A stretch of 64,000 bases of DNA from Spirulina sp. (GTDB lineage Bacteria; Cyanobacteriota; Cyanobacteriia; Phormidesmidales; Phormidesmidaceae): assembly GCA_044070495.1 (NCBI GenBank), contig JBIPSI010000020.1:1-64000 (forward strand), given 5' to 3'. The notes below the pieces were generated by a model. The model was not told the origin of the DNA. It saw only the letters and a list, made by a program, of their open reading frames with translations, and made no database searches. Shown here piece after piece: positions 29,641-39,902 of the stretch. Made by a program: the position numbers and the translations under genes. Position 1 is the first letter of the stretch. Every line of letters starts with the position of its first letter.

Positions 29641-30651
29641 ATGACCACCCTCTACCTCACCGAACCGGGCACCGTTGTCCAATGCCGCAATGAAACGCTG
29701 GTGATTAAGCGCCAAGGCAATCGCCAAACCCTACGGTTGGTGGAGGTGGGGCTATTGGTGGTGTTGCCGGGGGTGCAGCTTACATCCCAAGCCCTAGCGC
29801 AGTTGATGGATCGGGGCATTGAAACGCTGTTTCTCACCCGCAGCGGCCAGTTTCGGGGGCGGCTTCAGGGGCAGTTTCCCACCAATCCTGCCATTCGGTT
29901 GGCCCAATATCGCACGGTGGAAACGCCCTTTGGCTTGGCCTTGGCCCAACGGCTGGTGGGGGGCAAAATTGCCAATCAGCGGGCGCTGTTGCAGCGGCGC
30001 AACCGGGCCACCAGGGGCACTATCGGCGAACTGTCGGAGGCGATTGATGCCATTGCCGCCTACCGAACCACCCTAGACCACACGGAAACGCCCCTCAGCC
30101 GAGAGGAACTGATGGGCATTGAGGGCATCTGTGCGCGGGCCTATTTTCAAGGGTTGCGCCACTATTTCGACCCCCGCTGGCAGTTCCAGGGGCGCAATCG
30201 TCGGCCCCCGCTGGATCCGGTGAATGCGTTGCTGAGTTGGGGCTATGGGGTGCTGCTGGCGCGGGTGTTTGCGGCGGCGGTGCAGGCGGGGCTAGACCCC
30301 TACCTGGGCTTTTTCCATGCCATCGAACCCTATCGGCCCAACCTGGTGCTAGACCTGATGGAGGAGTTTAGGCCGCTGGTGGTGGATCAGGCGGTAATTG
30401 CCATTTTGAATGAGGATGTGCTGTCGCCGGAGGATTTTGAACCCTCGCCGGATGGGGCCGGAATTTGGGTGGGGGCGGTGGGCAAAAAGCTGTTTTTGGC
30501 GGCCCTAGAAAAGCAACTGCGCCAAACTACCGACTACCCGCCCCAGGGCCGACGGCTGAGCTATGGCCAAATTATTCTAGAGCAGGCCCGCTGGGTGGCG
30601 CGTTGTTTGGTGGATCGTCAGCTTGCCTATGAACCGATGCGTCTGCGGTGA
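29641..30651 (+). CDS. cas1: CRISPR-associated integrase Cas1, no RT or Cas4 fusion
   Basis: LMGIEG..AR.YF, RRPPLDPVNALLSWGY, GLDPYLGFFH, LVLDLMEEFRP. Confidence 0.97.
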   Translation: MTTLYLTEPGTVVQCRNETLVIKRQGNRQTLRLVEVGLLVVLPGVQLTSQALAQLMDRGIETLFLTRSGQFRGRLQGQFPTNPAIRLAQYRTVETPFGLALAQRLVGGKIANQRALLQRRNRATRGTIGELSEAIDAIAAYRTTLDHTETPLSREELMGIEGICARAYFQGLRHYFDPRWQFQGRNRRPPLDPVNALLSWGYGVLLARVFAAAVQAGLDPYLGFFHAIEPYRPNLVLDLMEEFRPLVVDQAVIAILNEDVLSPEDFEPSPDGAGIWVGAVGKKLFLAALEKQLRQTTDYPPQGRRLSYGQIILEQARWVARCLVDRQLAYEPMRLR

Positions 30652-30935
30652 AGCCTATGCTATGGCTAATTTGCTACGATGTGGCCGATAATAAGCGCCG
30701 CCAAAAGCTGGTAAAGCTGCTGGAACAACGGGGCCAGCGGGTGCAGTATTCGGTGTTTGAATGCCCGCTGGAGGAGAAGGAACTGCGCCAGTTGCTAGAA
30801 AAACGCTGGCTGAAGGTGCTGAACTTGCGGGAGGATAATCTGCGGATTTATCCCCTCGATGAAACGGCGAAAAAACGAACGCTGGTGTTTGGTGGCCCGC
30901 CGCCCTATGAACCACCGGACTACGTGATTTTGTAA
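30648..30935 (+). CDS. cas2: CRISPR-associated Cas2
   Basis: LICYDVAD.KRR, RVQYSVFEC, DNLRIYPL. Confidence 0.96.
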   Translation: MKPMLWLICYDVADNKRRQKLVKLLEQRGQRVQYSVFECPLEEKELRQLLEKRWLKVLNLREDNLRIYPLDETAKKRTLVFGGPPPYEPPDYVIL

Positions 30936-31274
30936 CAATCCTGTTATGTTTTGGCGACGGTTTTGCGCGGTTGTGATGGCCAGAAGGGCCGACAGAAGCC
31001 AGGTTTTTTGATGTTGCGAAATGTAACGAAGTTTCGAGTTTTGTCGCGCTTAGCTAGGGGACGTTAATCGTCGTAAACAAAACTTTGCTGAACGAAACAC
31101 GATCTGTTTGCCAAAATTGGCCCCACTTTGTATCTTTTTCGTTGCAATTTGGCTATAATGACAAAGAAAGCCTGGGTCGATCATGAATGTTTCGTCTTGT
31201 AAACAAGTCTCTCCGTACCCCCGCTTTTTCGGTACCTTGAAAACTAGATATTTCAATAGTTTCCAAGGCCGAGG
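30936..31274 (+). promoter_or_regulatory. CRISPR leader
   Basis: AT-richer non-coding stretch between cas2 and the first repeat; contains TATAAT near 31154. Confidence 0.65.
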
Positions 31275-33131
31275 GTCAGATACCCTCAATTCCCCGCAAG
31301 GGGACGGAAACGCTTAATGACGGGGATGCCGACTAGTGGGAGTCTTTGAGGGTCAGATACCCTCAATTCCCCGCAAGGGGACGGAAACACGAATGGTTGG
31401 AAAGCAACCCTAAAAACAAAAAACAGCAAGTCAGATACCCTCAATTCCCCGCAAGGGGACGGAAACTGGTTGGAAAGCAACCCTAAGAACAAAAAACAGC
31501 AATTCTGTCAGATACCCTCAATTCCCCGCAAGGGGACGGAAACAAGCCGACGTTGCGGCCTTGCGTTTGGCGTTAGTGGCAGAGGTCAGATACCCTCAAT
31601 TCCCCGCAAGGGGACGGAAACGACCAAGGTAACGACGAAAGCGGTAGCCACGGCACCATAGACCGTCAGATACCCTCAATTCCCCGCAAGGGGACGGAAA
31701 CCTAAACCGGGAGGCCGTGTCAATCTCGAAGGGTCCCAAGTCAGATACCCTCAATTCCCCGCAAGGGGACGGAAACTGTTCTGGATTATCAAGGCCTCGA
31801 TCCTGCAAAGGATTTCGTCAGATACCCTCAATTCCCCGCAAGGGGACGGAAACCCATCCCCCATGCCTACTACTGGGGGTGGTATGTGTATGGTCAGATA
31901 CCCTCAATTCCCCGCAAGGGGACGGAAACCATGCTAGCATTTAGCCAACTGGGAAAGTAAGACTTGAGTCAGATACCCTCAATTCCCCGCAAGGGGACGG
32001 AAACTAGGTCTCGCTGCAAACTCAAAACGTCTTCGTGTGCCGAGAGTCAGATACCCTCAATTCCCCGCAAGGGGACGGAAACGGACACGGATCTACTCTC
32101 GCACAAGTCTAAGAGGACTTGTCAGATACCCTCAATTCCCCGCAAGGGGACGGAAACGGCGGCAGCTTGCCGGACTCGTAGGACGGGATGACCTGTCAGA
32201 TACCCTCAATTCCCCGCAAGGGGACGGAAACTTCGTCTGTTCGGGCTTTTGCCCGGAGGGCGTTCTCAGTCAGATACCCTCAATTCCCCGCAAGGGGACG
32301 GAAACCAACCCGACCGCCGGGGGTGGTGATTTCGATCCAGTCGTCAGATACCCTCAATTCCCCGCAAGGGGACGGAAACCGCCTGAAACCATACCGTTAC
32401 TTTTGTCGGTGCCTGTTGGGTCAGATACCCTCAATTCCCCGCAAGGGGACGGAAACTGCCGTAGCGGATGATTTCGGCCACCTGCGCCTCTAGGTCAGAT
32501 ACCCTCAATTCCCCGCAAGGGGACGGAAACAATCCTAGCTCAAGATGCTGCCGCAAAGCGGTATTGTCAGATACCCTCAATTCCCCGCAAGGGGACGGAA
32601 ACCAACCTAATGGTTATGGCTTTCTTACCTTCATCATTCAAGTCAGATACCCTCAATTCCCCGCAAGGGGACGGAAACAGAGAATTAATGGACTTAGAAT
32701 TATGCAACCTCCAATGCGCTGTCAGATACCCTCAATTCCCCGCAAGGGGACGGAAACCCATACCCTGACTCCATCACGTCGGCTTGCTCACCACGTCAGA
32801 TACCCTCAATTCCCCGCAAGGGGACGGAAACAAACTACTAGGACACCTCCAATTGAAATCTCAATCTCTTTTGTCAGATACCCTCAATTCCCCGCAAGGG
32901 GACGGAAACTCCATATAGAGATTGCCGAACAAAACAAACTTAAAGTCAGATACCCTCAATTCCCCGCAAGGGGACGGAAACTACTCTGGCAATATAAGCT
33001 AATAAACTTTCTGCGTCTGGGTCAGATACCCTCAATTCCCCGCAAGGGGACGGAAACCCGTAGACGAACTACTCGATAAACTACCCAATGCTGTGTCAGA
33101 TACCCTCAATTCCCCGCAAGGGGACGGAAAC
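31275..33131 (+). CRISPR. Main CRISPR array: 25 identical 37-nt repeats GTCAGATACCCTCAATTCCCCGCAAGGGGACGGAAAC and 24 spacers of 35-43 nt
   Basis: Counted by hand; TCCCC-GCAA-GGGGA hairpin and GAAAC 3' end set the orientation. Confidence 0.99.
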
Positions 33132-33158
33132 GAATTGGATTTAGGATAAGCCCCATCC

Positions 33159-33488
33159 CTAGGGTTCGTCTGCTTCGTCTAGATTGTCATCTGGTAAGGC
33201 CCAGGTGGCCACTGGCTTCAGGAGAGCAGGGATCTCCGCGCCCTCGGCAAACTCCAGGATGGTTTCGGAATAGCCCAGGTAGCCAGATTCTGCAAAACTG
33301 GTGAGCATTCGGACGAGGGCAGGCCACACCTCATCGGCAAATTCCCAGTCCTGGTTAAACAGGGCACGGTCGGCAATCGACCGCAGCGCCCAGAAATAGC
33401 TATTGCGAACCACTGAGCCAGATTTTTTGTACCGGGGCACATCGTCCTGGTGCAAAAAGAGGATTTGCTGCTGAAGGTAAACGCGCAT
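33159..33488 (-). CDS. Hypothetical cyanobacterial protein
   Basis: 109-aa ORF, VVRNSYFWALRSIA, ESGYL. Confidence 0.65.
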   Translation of the reverse strand: MRVYLQQQILFLHQDDVPRYKKSGSVVRNSYFWALRSIADRALFNQDWEFADEVWPALVRMLTSFAESGYLGYSETILEFAEGAEIPALLKPVATWALPDDNLDEADEP

Positions 33489-33524
33489 AGAAACACCCCG
33501 TATTCTGAAGCCTAATGTCCTAGC

Positions 33525-33683
33525 CTCAGTAGATCACAAAGTCCCTGCTAGCCCTCACCCCCAACCCCTCTCCCACGAGGAGAGGGGAGCCGGAAACGGC
33601 CTTCAAAGTCCCTCTCCCCACGGGAGAGGGATTTAGGGTGAGGGCTGGATCGCGGCAAGAGAGCATGTTTGTGATCTACTGAG
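33525..33683. mobile_element. 159-bp MITE (family A) with 16-bp terminal inverted repeats and a 14-bp flanking direct repeat
   Basis: TIR CTCAGTAGATCACAAA at 33525-33540 and its reverse complement at 33668-33683; CCTAATGTCCTAGC at 33511-33524 and 33684-33697. Confidence 0.85.
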
Positions 33684-33723
33684 CCTAATGTCCTAGCCTA
33701 CTATCCTTAAGCCTGCCCCAGCG

Positions 33724-35334
33724 CTAGGGTAGCCAGGTGGCTTGGATGCCTTGGAAAGGGAACTGTTCTGGGGTATCGAGGAGGGGCGCACCCTGATCGG
33801 CGGCGATCACCAGGGGCAGGTACCACAGCCCTGGGGCGAGGTCGGCTTCGACGTTGGCCTCCTCCTCCTCTAAGTCGGCTTCAGCATCCAGGCTGACCAA
33901 ATCTAGCAGCAGGGCGCGGCCATCGGGGGCAAGGCTCATGGATAGGGTGGGCTGCTGAGGCAGGATGGCCAGTTTGGTCATGGCCTTGGCCTCTAGGTCA
34001 ATCAGCAGCAGCAGGGGTTGCTCAGCGTATTCTTCGGTGTCGAGGGCATCGCGGCGGCGGCTGTCCACCTGTTCGCTGGCCAGCACGTAGAGAAAACGGC
34101 GGCTGGGGTCAAACTGGGCGTCGCGAATGGATCCGCTCACCCGCATCAGTTCCTCTTCGGTGCCCTGGCTAGTAACGAGAAAGAGCGATTCGGTGAAGCG
34201 TTTTTCGGGGTCGTTTTGGTTGAAGTTCACCATGGCCGCCGCCAAGCCATCATTGGAGAGATCCAGCACTTGGCCATAGTTGGGCAAAAAGTCGAGGGGT
34301 TGCTGGGGGCCACGGGCCGATTCGGGGCTGAGGTCGAGGATAGCGGTGCCTTCGCCCTGGAGGAGAACGAGGGACTGACTATCGGGGGCAATTAAAAAGT
34401 CGCCGCCCGGATCGGTGTCCAGGGGATAGGGAGCCTTGCCCGTCCGCACCACCCAGGGGCCAAAGTCCGATGGATCGTCTCGGTTTACCCGCTGCACGAC
34501 GATGGTTTGCCCATCGGCAGAGAGGTCGAATTTGAGGTTTTGGTAGTCGCGGTTGTCTAGAACAAGGGTGAGTTCTCCAGGCGTGGCCTCGGTGGGTTCG
34601 GGCCGCAGGCGCTTCCAGAAGGGCGGCGGCTCGGCCAGCAAATCCTGGGGTGGACGGGGCACAATGCCCGTGGTGACGGTGTAGATCTGTTGGTTTAGCA
34701 GGCCATCGGTTTCGGCGGCATCGGTGGCAGAAAACAGGATTCTATCGCCCCAAGAGTAGGGCTTGAAGGCCAGCACCGACAGGTTTTTGGGGGTGAGGAT
34801 GACCCGCTCCTGCTGTTCCAAATCGGCCAGTACCAGGCGGTTCAACTCGTCGCCCTCGGTGCCAATGTAGACAAAGGCGCGTTTGCGGGTTTGAAACTGT
34901 CCCTCAAAGGGTTGAAATCGGCCTGGGTTGTCTGCGTCCGCAAAGCGATCCTTCGCCTGTTCCAACCGCAGGGTAAAGGATTGGCCGTAGGGCAGGGGGT
35001 CGGTAAGGGTATAGGCCATGCGGCGTCCGGCCCAGCTTACTTTGCCATCGAGGGGTGGATCGAGGGTCAAGTTCTCCTCCACGCTCACCGGATCCATCGG
35101 TCGGCTGAAGGTGATCAAAAAGGCCCGATCCTCGATGCCCACCTGCCGATTGTGCCAGCTAAAGTCGCGTACCCTGGCGGTGGCGTGGTCGCCGGAAAAG
35201 ATCAAAATCCCCAGCACCAGGGCCAAACCCGCCATCACGGTGACGGCCAGCCGATCCAACGGATAGCGGCGACGGGGTGCGCCAGCACGGGGGGCTTTTC
35301 CAGGGGTAGAACGACGGGAACGGCGACGGGCCAT
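33724..35334 (-). CDS. Membrane-anchored protein with a bacterial Ig-like domain and TolB-like propeller region
   Basis: N-terminal TM, FSRPMD..SVE, GKVSWAGRRMAY. Confidence 0.7.
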   Translation of the reverse strand: MARRRSRRSTPGKAPRAGAPRRRYPLDRLAVTVMAGLALVLGILIFSGDHATARVRDFSWHNRQVGIEDRAFLITFSRPMDPVSVEENLTLDPPLDGKVSWAGRRMAYTLTDPLPYGQSFTLRLEQAKDRFADADNPGRFQPFEGQFQTRKRAFVYIGTEGDELNRLVLADLEQQERVILTPKNLSVLAFKPYSWGDRILFSATDAAETDGLLNQQIYTVTTGIVPRPPQDLLAEPPPFWKRLRPEPTEATPGELTLVLDNRDYQNLKFDLSADGQTIVVQRVNRDDPSDFGPWVVRTGKAPYPLDTDPGGDFLIAPDSQSLVLLQGEGTAILDLSPESARGPQQPLDFLPNYGQVLDLSNDGLAAAMVNFNQNDPEKRFTESLFLVTSQGTEEELMRVSGSIRDAQFDPSRRFLYVLASEQVDSRRRDALDTEEYAEQPLLLLIDLEAKAMTKLAILPQQPTLSMSLAPDGRALLLDLVSLDAEADLEEEEANVEADLAPGLWYLPLVIAADQGAPLLDTPEQFPFQGIQATWLP

Positions 35335-35336
35335 GG

Positions 35337-36146
35337 CTAATATTCGTAGGGGGTGCGAGGTTCAGGAATTTCGGTGAGGGTGGCCTCTCCGATCACCAGT
35401 TGGCGCTTGTTGTCGAGGGTTTGGGTGGTCATGGATCCGGTCACCTCCAGCCAGGTGTCGGGCTTGGGACGCTCGGTGCCGGGGGACAATTCTACGGGTA
35501 GGCCCACCGGATAGGCATCGGCGGCGCAGCAGGTGAGCACAAAGCGGGTGATCATGAAAACATTGTCGGGCCAGCCGGGAATGTGGGTGACAAAGCCGCT
35601 CACCTTTACCCCTTGTCCGGCGTAAGCTTCGGGTTCGGGGTAGACATTGAGGGTGCGGATCCAGTCCACGATGGTGCGATCCTCCGAAGCCCCGCTGAGC
35701 ACAAACCGCTGGGGCCGAGACCGAGTTTGGCCCAGCACATCGGTAATGCCCCGCTGAAAGGCGGTTTCGCTGGTGAAGGGCCGGGGGGTGTAGATTAGCC
35801 CAAACACCGCCACCGCCAACAACAACCCGGTGCTAATCCGGCGGGGCAGCAGGGCAATGTGTTCCTGGCTGCGGGGGCCAGTCTGCCGCTGCGACGACTG
35901 CATCACCTGCCAAACCTGCCACATCCGCGCCATGCCCATGGTAAAAGTTAGCCCCATGGCTAGGTGAGACAGCCACATATAGTCGGGGTGCAGCAGCAAA
36001 TACAGCTTGCCCGTAACGGTAAACCGCAGCAGCATGGCCGCCCACAGCAGCAGCATAAGACCATCAATAATGGCCTGCCAGGGCAACGGGGCGCGCTGGG
36101 GGGCGGGGGAACGGCGGCGGCGAGAGCGAAGGGAGGAGGAGGTCAT
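35337..36146 (-). CDS. TIGR03943 putative permease subunit
   Basis: LLLHPDY, VKVSGFV, RFVLTCCAADA, DTWLEV, EPRTPYEY. Confidence 0.88.
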   Translation of the reverse strand: MTSSSLRSRRRRSPAPQRAPLPWQAIIDGLMLLLWAAMLLRFTVTGKLYLLLHPDYMWLSHLAMGLTFTMGMARMWQVWQVMQSSQRQTGPRSQEHIALLPRRISTGLLLAVAVFGLIYTPRPFTSETAFQRGITDVLGQTRSRPQRFVLSGASEDRTIVDWIRTLNVYPEPEAYAGQGVKVSGFVTHIPGWPDNVFMITRFVLTCCAADAYPVGLPVELSPGTERPKPDTWLEVTGSMTTQTLDNKRQLVIGEATLTEIPEPRTPYEY

Positions 36147-36198
36147 GGAATCAGAGAGAGTTAGCATCCAGCATGGTCGTAATCCCCTAGAGGAGCCC

Positions 36199-36618
36199 CT
36201 AGAGGAGATTCTCAAACTGTTGGCGCAGGCGATCTAGCTCGGTTTGGGAGAGATTGGAACTGTCCTCAGTCTTGGCGTCCCGCTCGCCCTCCCGGAGAGC
36301 AGGGTCAGCATCGGGATCCCAATCGAGGGCCTCAACCCGGTTTTCAGGGGGGATGGCCAGGGATCCTTCGGGGACGATTTTGCAGCCATAGCCCGCACTT
36401 TCACAAAAGGCTTCGATCTCGTCTTGTTCCATCCCTTCCACGGTGGCCTCCGGGAAATCCTGGGCCTCTAGCATGAGGGCAAAGCGGGTGGCGTCGTCTT
36501 CGTTTTCAAACATCAGCACAATGTCCTCGCTGTCATCAACCCTGAGGGTGTGGATGCCCTCATTGTCGGTACGCGCATTGAACAGTAAAACGTACACCAC
36601 CATAACCAAACTATCCAT
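36199..36618 (-). CDS. DUF3110 family protein
   Basis: VLLFNARTDNEGIH, FENEDDATRFALMLEAQDF. Confidence 0.88.
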   Translation of the reverse strand: MDSLVMVVYVLLFNARTDNEGIHTLRVDDSEDIVLMFENEDDATRFALMLEAQDFPEATVEGMEQDEIEAFCESAGYGCKIVPEGSLAIPPENRVEALDWDPDADPALREGERDAKTEDSSNLSQTELDRLRQQFENLL

Positions 36619-37016
36619 GTGAGTGATCAGGGCTTATCCCACGCTCAGCCCAAACGCAGCACCCTTGCCTTGGCTAAACGCTGGTCAACGGGATGGGCGG
36701 CAAAGGGAATGTATGCCAAGTCCGAACTACCCCCCCAATTCCCAACCTGTCAAACCATCGGAGCAAGGAAACCTCGTCCGTTGGAACCGGGGTTAAGCCA
36801 TCAGGGTTTCGTATTAGATCGGAACAACGCCTATTCTATCGGGTTTGCCCCAGGGGATTTAAGCCACGGGCCAAGAATGCCCCTAGCGCAACCAGCGGAT
36901 CCGTCACCTTAGCGTTTTGGGGGGATGCCATAGACAACACGAAGGCGTTCCTTTGCTGGGATGTCCATTACCATTAGCTAGAGATTTTTGGCTAACCTGA
37001 GCGAGGACGATACCCC

Positions 37017-37592
37017 ATGGTGACCTGGGCGCTGAAGGAGTGGGATGCAGCGGTAACGGCTCTGTTAACCGGGCAGACGATTTTGTTACTGCGAAAGGGG
37101 GGGATTCGAGAAAAGCAGGGAGAATTCTCAGTGGTAACGCGCCAGGTGTTGCTGCTGCCCACCTTTGAACACCAAAAGCCGGAACTGATTAAGCCGGAGT
37201 TTCAGCCCTTGGTGCAACCCGCCCCCCCGGAGGCAAAGGCTGACTCCGTACCCTTTGCAGGCTGGGCCGACATTACCCACGGGTTCACGCTGCCCTCTAC
37301 CGCTGCGGCCCTAGATTTGGTGCCCGACCTGATTTGGACGGGTCAGTTTGTGCAGGAGCGCCTCCATTGGCAGTCGGATCGCCCCCTCTACGGTCTTTTA
37401 CTGCGGGCCTACCGCTTCCATGCGCCCGTTCAACTCCCCTGGCACAAGGGTTATCGGGGCTGTCGGTCGTGGGTAGATCTGGGGCAATCGGTCGCCGTGG
37501 AGGACAGCACCCCAGCCCTAGCCGACGCCGACTACCAGCATCGAGTGGATCGTATTTTGGCGGATTTGCCCGATGGGGCAACGCCCCTGTAG
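37017..37592 (+). CDS. DUF1802 family protein
   Basis: ALKEW, LLRKGGI.E, PTFEHQ, Y.GCRSWV. Confidence 0.9.
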   Translation: MVTWALKEWDAAVTALLTGQTILLLRKGGIREKQGEFSVVTRQVLLLPTFEHQKPELIKPEFQPLVQPAPPEAKADSVPFAGWADITHGFTLPSTAAALDLVPDLIWTGQFVQERLHWQSDRPLYGLLLRAYRFHAPVQLPWHKGYRGCRSWVDLGQSVAVEDSTPALADADYQHRVDRILADLPDGATPL

Positions 37593-37800
37593 GCAGGGCA
37601 GAGATCCTAGGGTGGTCGGCCCGGCGGTGGCGCTGGATCACCAACCTTAACCAACTCTTGATGCAGCCCTTCACAGCGATCCCACAGTATTGAATGATGG
37701 AGAGGGATGAATTGCCATCTGCACCTGTGCGATGGCAGATGGGCTGTGGCCTGTTCCATACCGCTGTGTCCCCCTTAGACCAATCACTAGGACAATCACT

Positions 37801-39702
37801 ATGATGAGCTTTCCCATTGACCTGGGCGCGTACCAACGAATTTCTCTAGATGCCGCTAACCCCACCCTCACCGACGAGCAACGCAGCGCCATCAAGGCCA
37901 ATATTCAGCTCTGTCGTGATGCCATTGTCTTTTTCACGGCCACGGGGGCTGCACGGGGCGTAGGCGGACACACAGGCGGCCCCTACGATACGGTGCCCGA
38001 AGTGGTGATTTTGGATGCCCTATTCCGGGGCGCGGGCGAGAAGTATGTGCCCGTGTTCTTTGACGAAGCGGGACACCGGGTAGCCACCCAATACCTGATG
38101 TCGGTGCTGAACGGCGACATGCCCGCCGAGCAACTGATGCACTACCGCGAAGCCGGGTCTAAGCTGCCCGGACACCCGGAACTGGGCCTGACCCCCGGCG
38201 TCAAGTTTAGCTCTGGCCGTCTGGGTCACATGTGGCCCTACGTCAACGGTGTGGCCCTAGCCAACCCCGGCAAGACGGTGTTCTGCCTCGGTTCCGACGG
38301 TGCCCAGCAGGAGGGCGACGACGCTGAGGCGGCCCGCTTTGCGGTGGCCCACCATGTCAACGTCAAGATTTTGGTGGATGACAACGATGTCACCATTGCC
38401 GGACACCCCTCCAGCTACATGGGCGGCTACAGCGTCAAGCAAACCCTCGAAGGCCACGGCCTGACGGTATTTGAAGGCGACGGCGAAGACATCGACAGCC
38501 TCTACGCCAACATTGTTCAAGCCATCAACACCCCTGGCCCCGTGGCGGTAATCAACAAGCGCCCCATGGCGGTGGGCATCGAAGGCATCGAAGGCAGCAC
38601 CCACGGCCACGATGTGATCTCCGTTAAAGCAGCCATTGCCTACCTAGAAAGCAAGGGCCACACGGCGGCGGTGGAGATCCTCAACAGCATTTCCCCCAGC
38701 CCCAACCCCTACGAGTTCATTGGCTCCAGCAAAAACGTGGGGGCCAACCGCAACACCTTCGGCGATGCCATGGTGGAGGTGCTGGGCGAGATGGACGAAG
38801 CCACCCGCAAGGCCAGCGTCCTCGTTGTGGATAGCGACCTGGAAGGCTCCTGTGGCTTGGCCCAAATCCGCAAAGCCTACCCGGAAATCTTCATCAGCGG
38901 CGGCATCCAAGAGCGGGGCAACCTGTCGGCGGCGGCTGGGTTCGGCATGGAGAAGGGCAAGCAGGGCGTCTTTGCCACCTTCGCCGCCTTCTTGGAAATG
39001 TGCATTTCCGAGATCACCATGGCCCGGTTGAACTACTCCAACCTGCTGTGCCACTTCTCCCACTCCGGCATCGACGACATGGCCGACAACACCTGTCACT
39101 TCGGCCTCAACAACTTCTTTGCCGACAATGGCCTCGACGACGGCTACGAAACCCGCCTCTACTTCCCCGCCGACCCCAACCAGATGAAAGCCTGCGTCAA
39201 AACGGTCTTCCACGACCCCGGCCTGCGCTTCATCTTCTCCACCCGCTCCAAGGTGCCGATGATCCTCGACGCCGACGGCAACGAAATGTTTGGCGGCGAC
39301 TACACCTTCACCCCCGGTAAGGATGAAGTCATCCGCGAGGGCACCGCTGGCTACATCGTTACCTTTGGCGATTCGGTCTACCGCGCCCTGGATGCGGTGG
39401 AACGCCTGAAGCAGGAAGGCATCGACGTGGGCCTGATCAACAAAGCCACCCTCAACGTCGTAGACGAAGAGATGATGGCCAAGATTGGCAAAGCCCCCTT
39501 TGTGCTCGTCACCGAAGCCTTCAACCGCAAAACGGGCCTGGGCAGCCGCTTTGGCTCCTGGCTGCTGGAGCGCGGCTATACGCCCAAGTTCGCCTACCTC
39601 GGCACCCACGAAGAAGGCTGCGGCGGCCTCTGGGAACAGTACCCCCACCAGGGCATCGACCCCACAGGCATCATGGCCAAAGTGAAGGAACTCGTCGGGT
39701 AA
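37801..39702 (+). CDS. Thiamine-diphosphate-dependent transketolase-like enzyme, atypical subfamily
   Basis: GGHTGG, LPGHPE, SSGRLG, GSDG..QEG...DDN ThDP motif, GIQE. Confidence 0.85.
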   Translation: MMSFPIDLGAYQRISLDAANPTLTDEQRSAIKANIQLCRDAIVFFTATGAARGVGGHTGGPYDTVPEVVILDALFRGAGEKYVPVFFDEAGHRVATQYLMSVLNGDMPAEQLMHYREAGSKLPGHPELGLTPGVKFSSGRLGHMWPYVNGVALANPGKTVFCLGSDGAQQEGDDAEAARFAVAHHVNVKILVDDNDVTIAGHPSSYMGGYSVKQTLEGHGLTVFEGDGEDIDSLYANIVQAINTPGPVAVINKRPMAVGIEGIEGSTHGHDVISVKAAIAYLESKGHTAAVEILNSISPSPNPYEFIGSSKNVGANRNTFGDAMVEVLGEMDEATRKASVLVVDSDLEGSCGLAQIRKAYPEIFISGGIQERGNLSAAAGFGMEKGKQGVFATFAAFLEMCISEITMARLNYSNLLCHFSHSGIDDMADNTCHFGLNNFFADNGLDDGYETRLYFPADPNQMKACVKTVFHDPGLRFIFSTRSKVPMILDADGNEMFGGDYTFTPGKDEVIREGTAGYIVTFGDSVYRALDAVERLKQEGIDVGLINKATLNVVDEEMMAKIGKAPFVLVTEAFNRKTGLGSRFGSWLLERGYTPKFAYLGTHEEGCGGLWEQYPHQGIDPTGIMAKVKELVG

Positions 39703-39735
39703 GGGTTCGGAGTCTCACAAATATCACCTAAATCC

Positions 39736-39770
39736 AAAACCCCGGCTTCTTGAAGAAGCCGGGGTTTTCT
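39736..39770 (+). terminator. Hairpin after the transketolase-like gene: terminator or REP-like palindrome
   Basis: AAAACCCCGGCTTCT-TGA-AGAAGCCGGGGTTTT. Confidence 0.6.
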
Positions 39771-39902
39771 TTGGGGGAGTTCATCGATACCTAAAAGACC
39801 ATCCAGTTTTGAAGAATCATTACTATCTACAGGATTACAGCCCCAACGGACTGAAGTCATTCCTATCTAGGTCAATGAGGTCTAGGCCGTTGAGGTGATG
39901 GG

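Noticed and set aside
29641..30935. RNA-derived spacer acquisition
   Set aside because: No reverse transcriptase domain or gene in the window
31261..31267. TTCCAAG half-site just before the first repeat
   Set aside because: Only 7 bp with no partner arm; likely chance
31286..33079. ORFs within the CRISPR array
   Set aside because: They are translations of repeats and spacers
38644..39648. 334-aa antisense ORF
   Set aside because: Shadow of the strongly codon-biased transketolase-like gene
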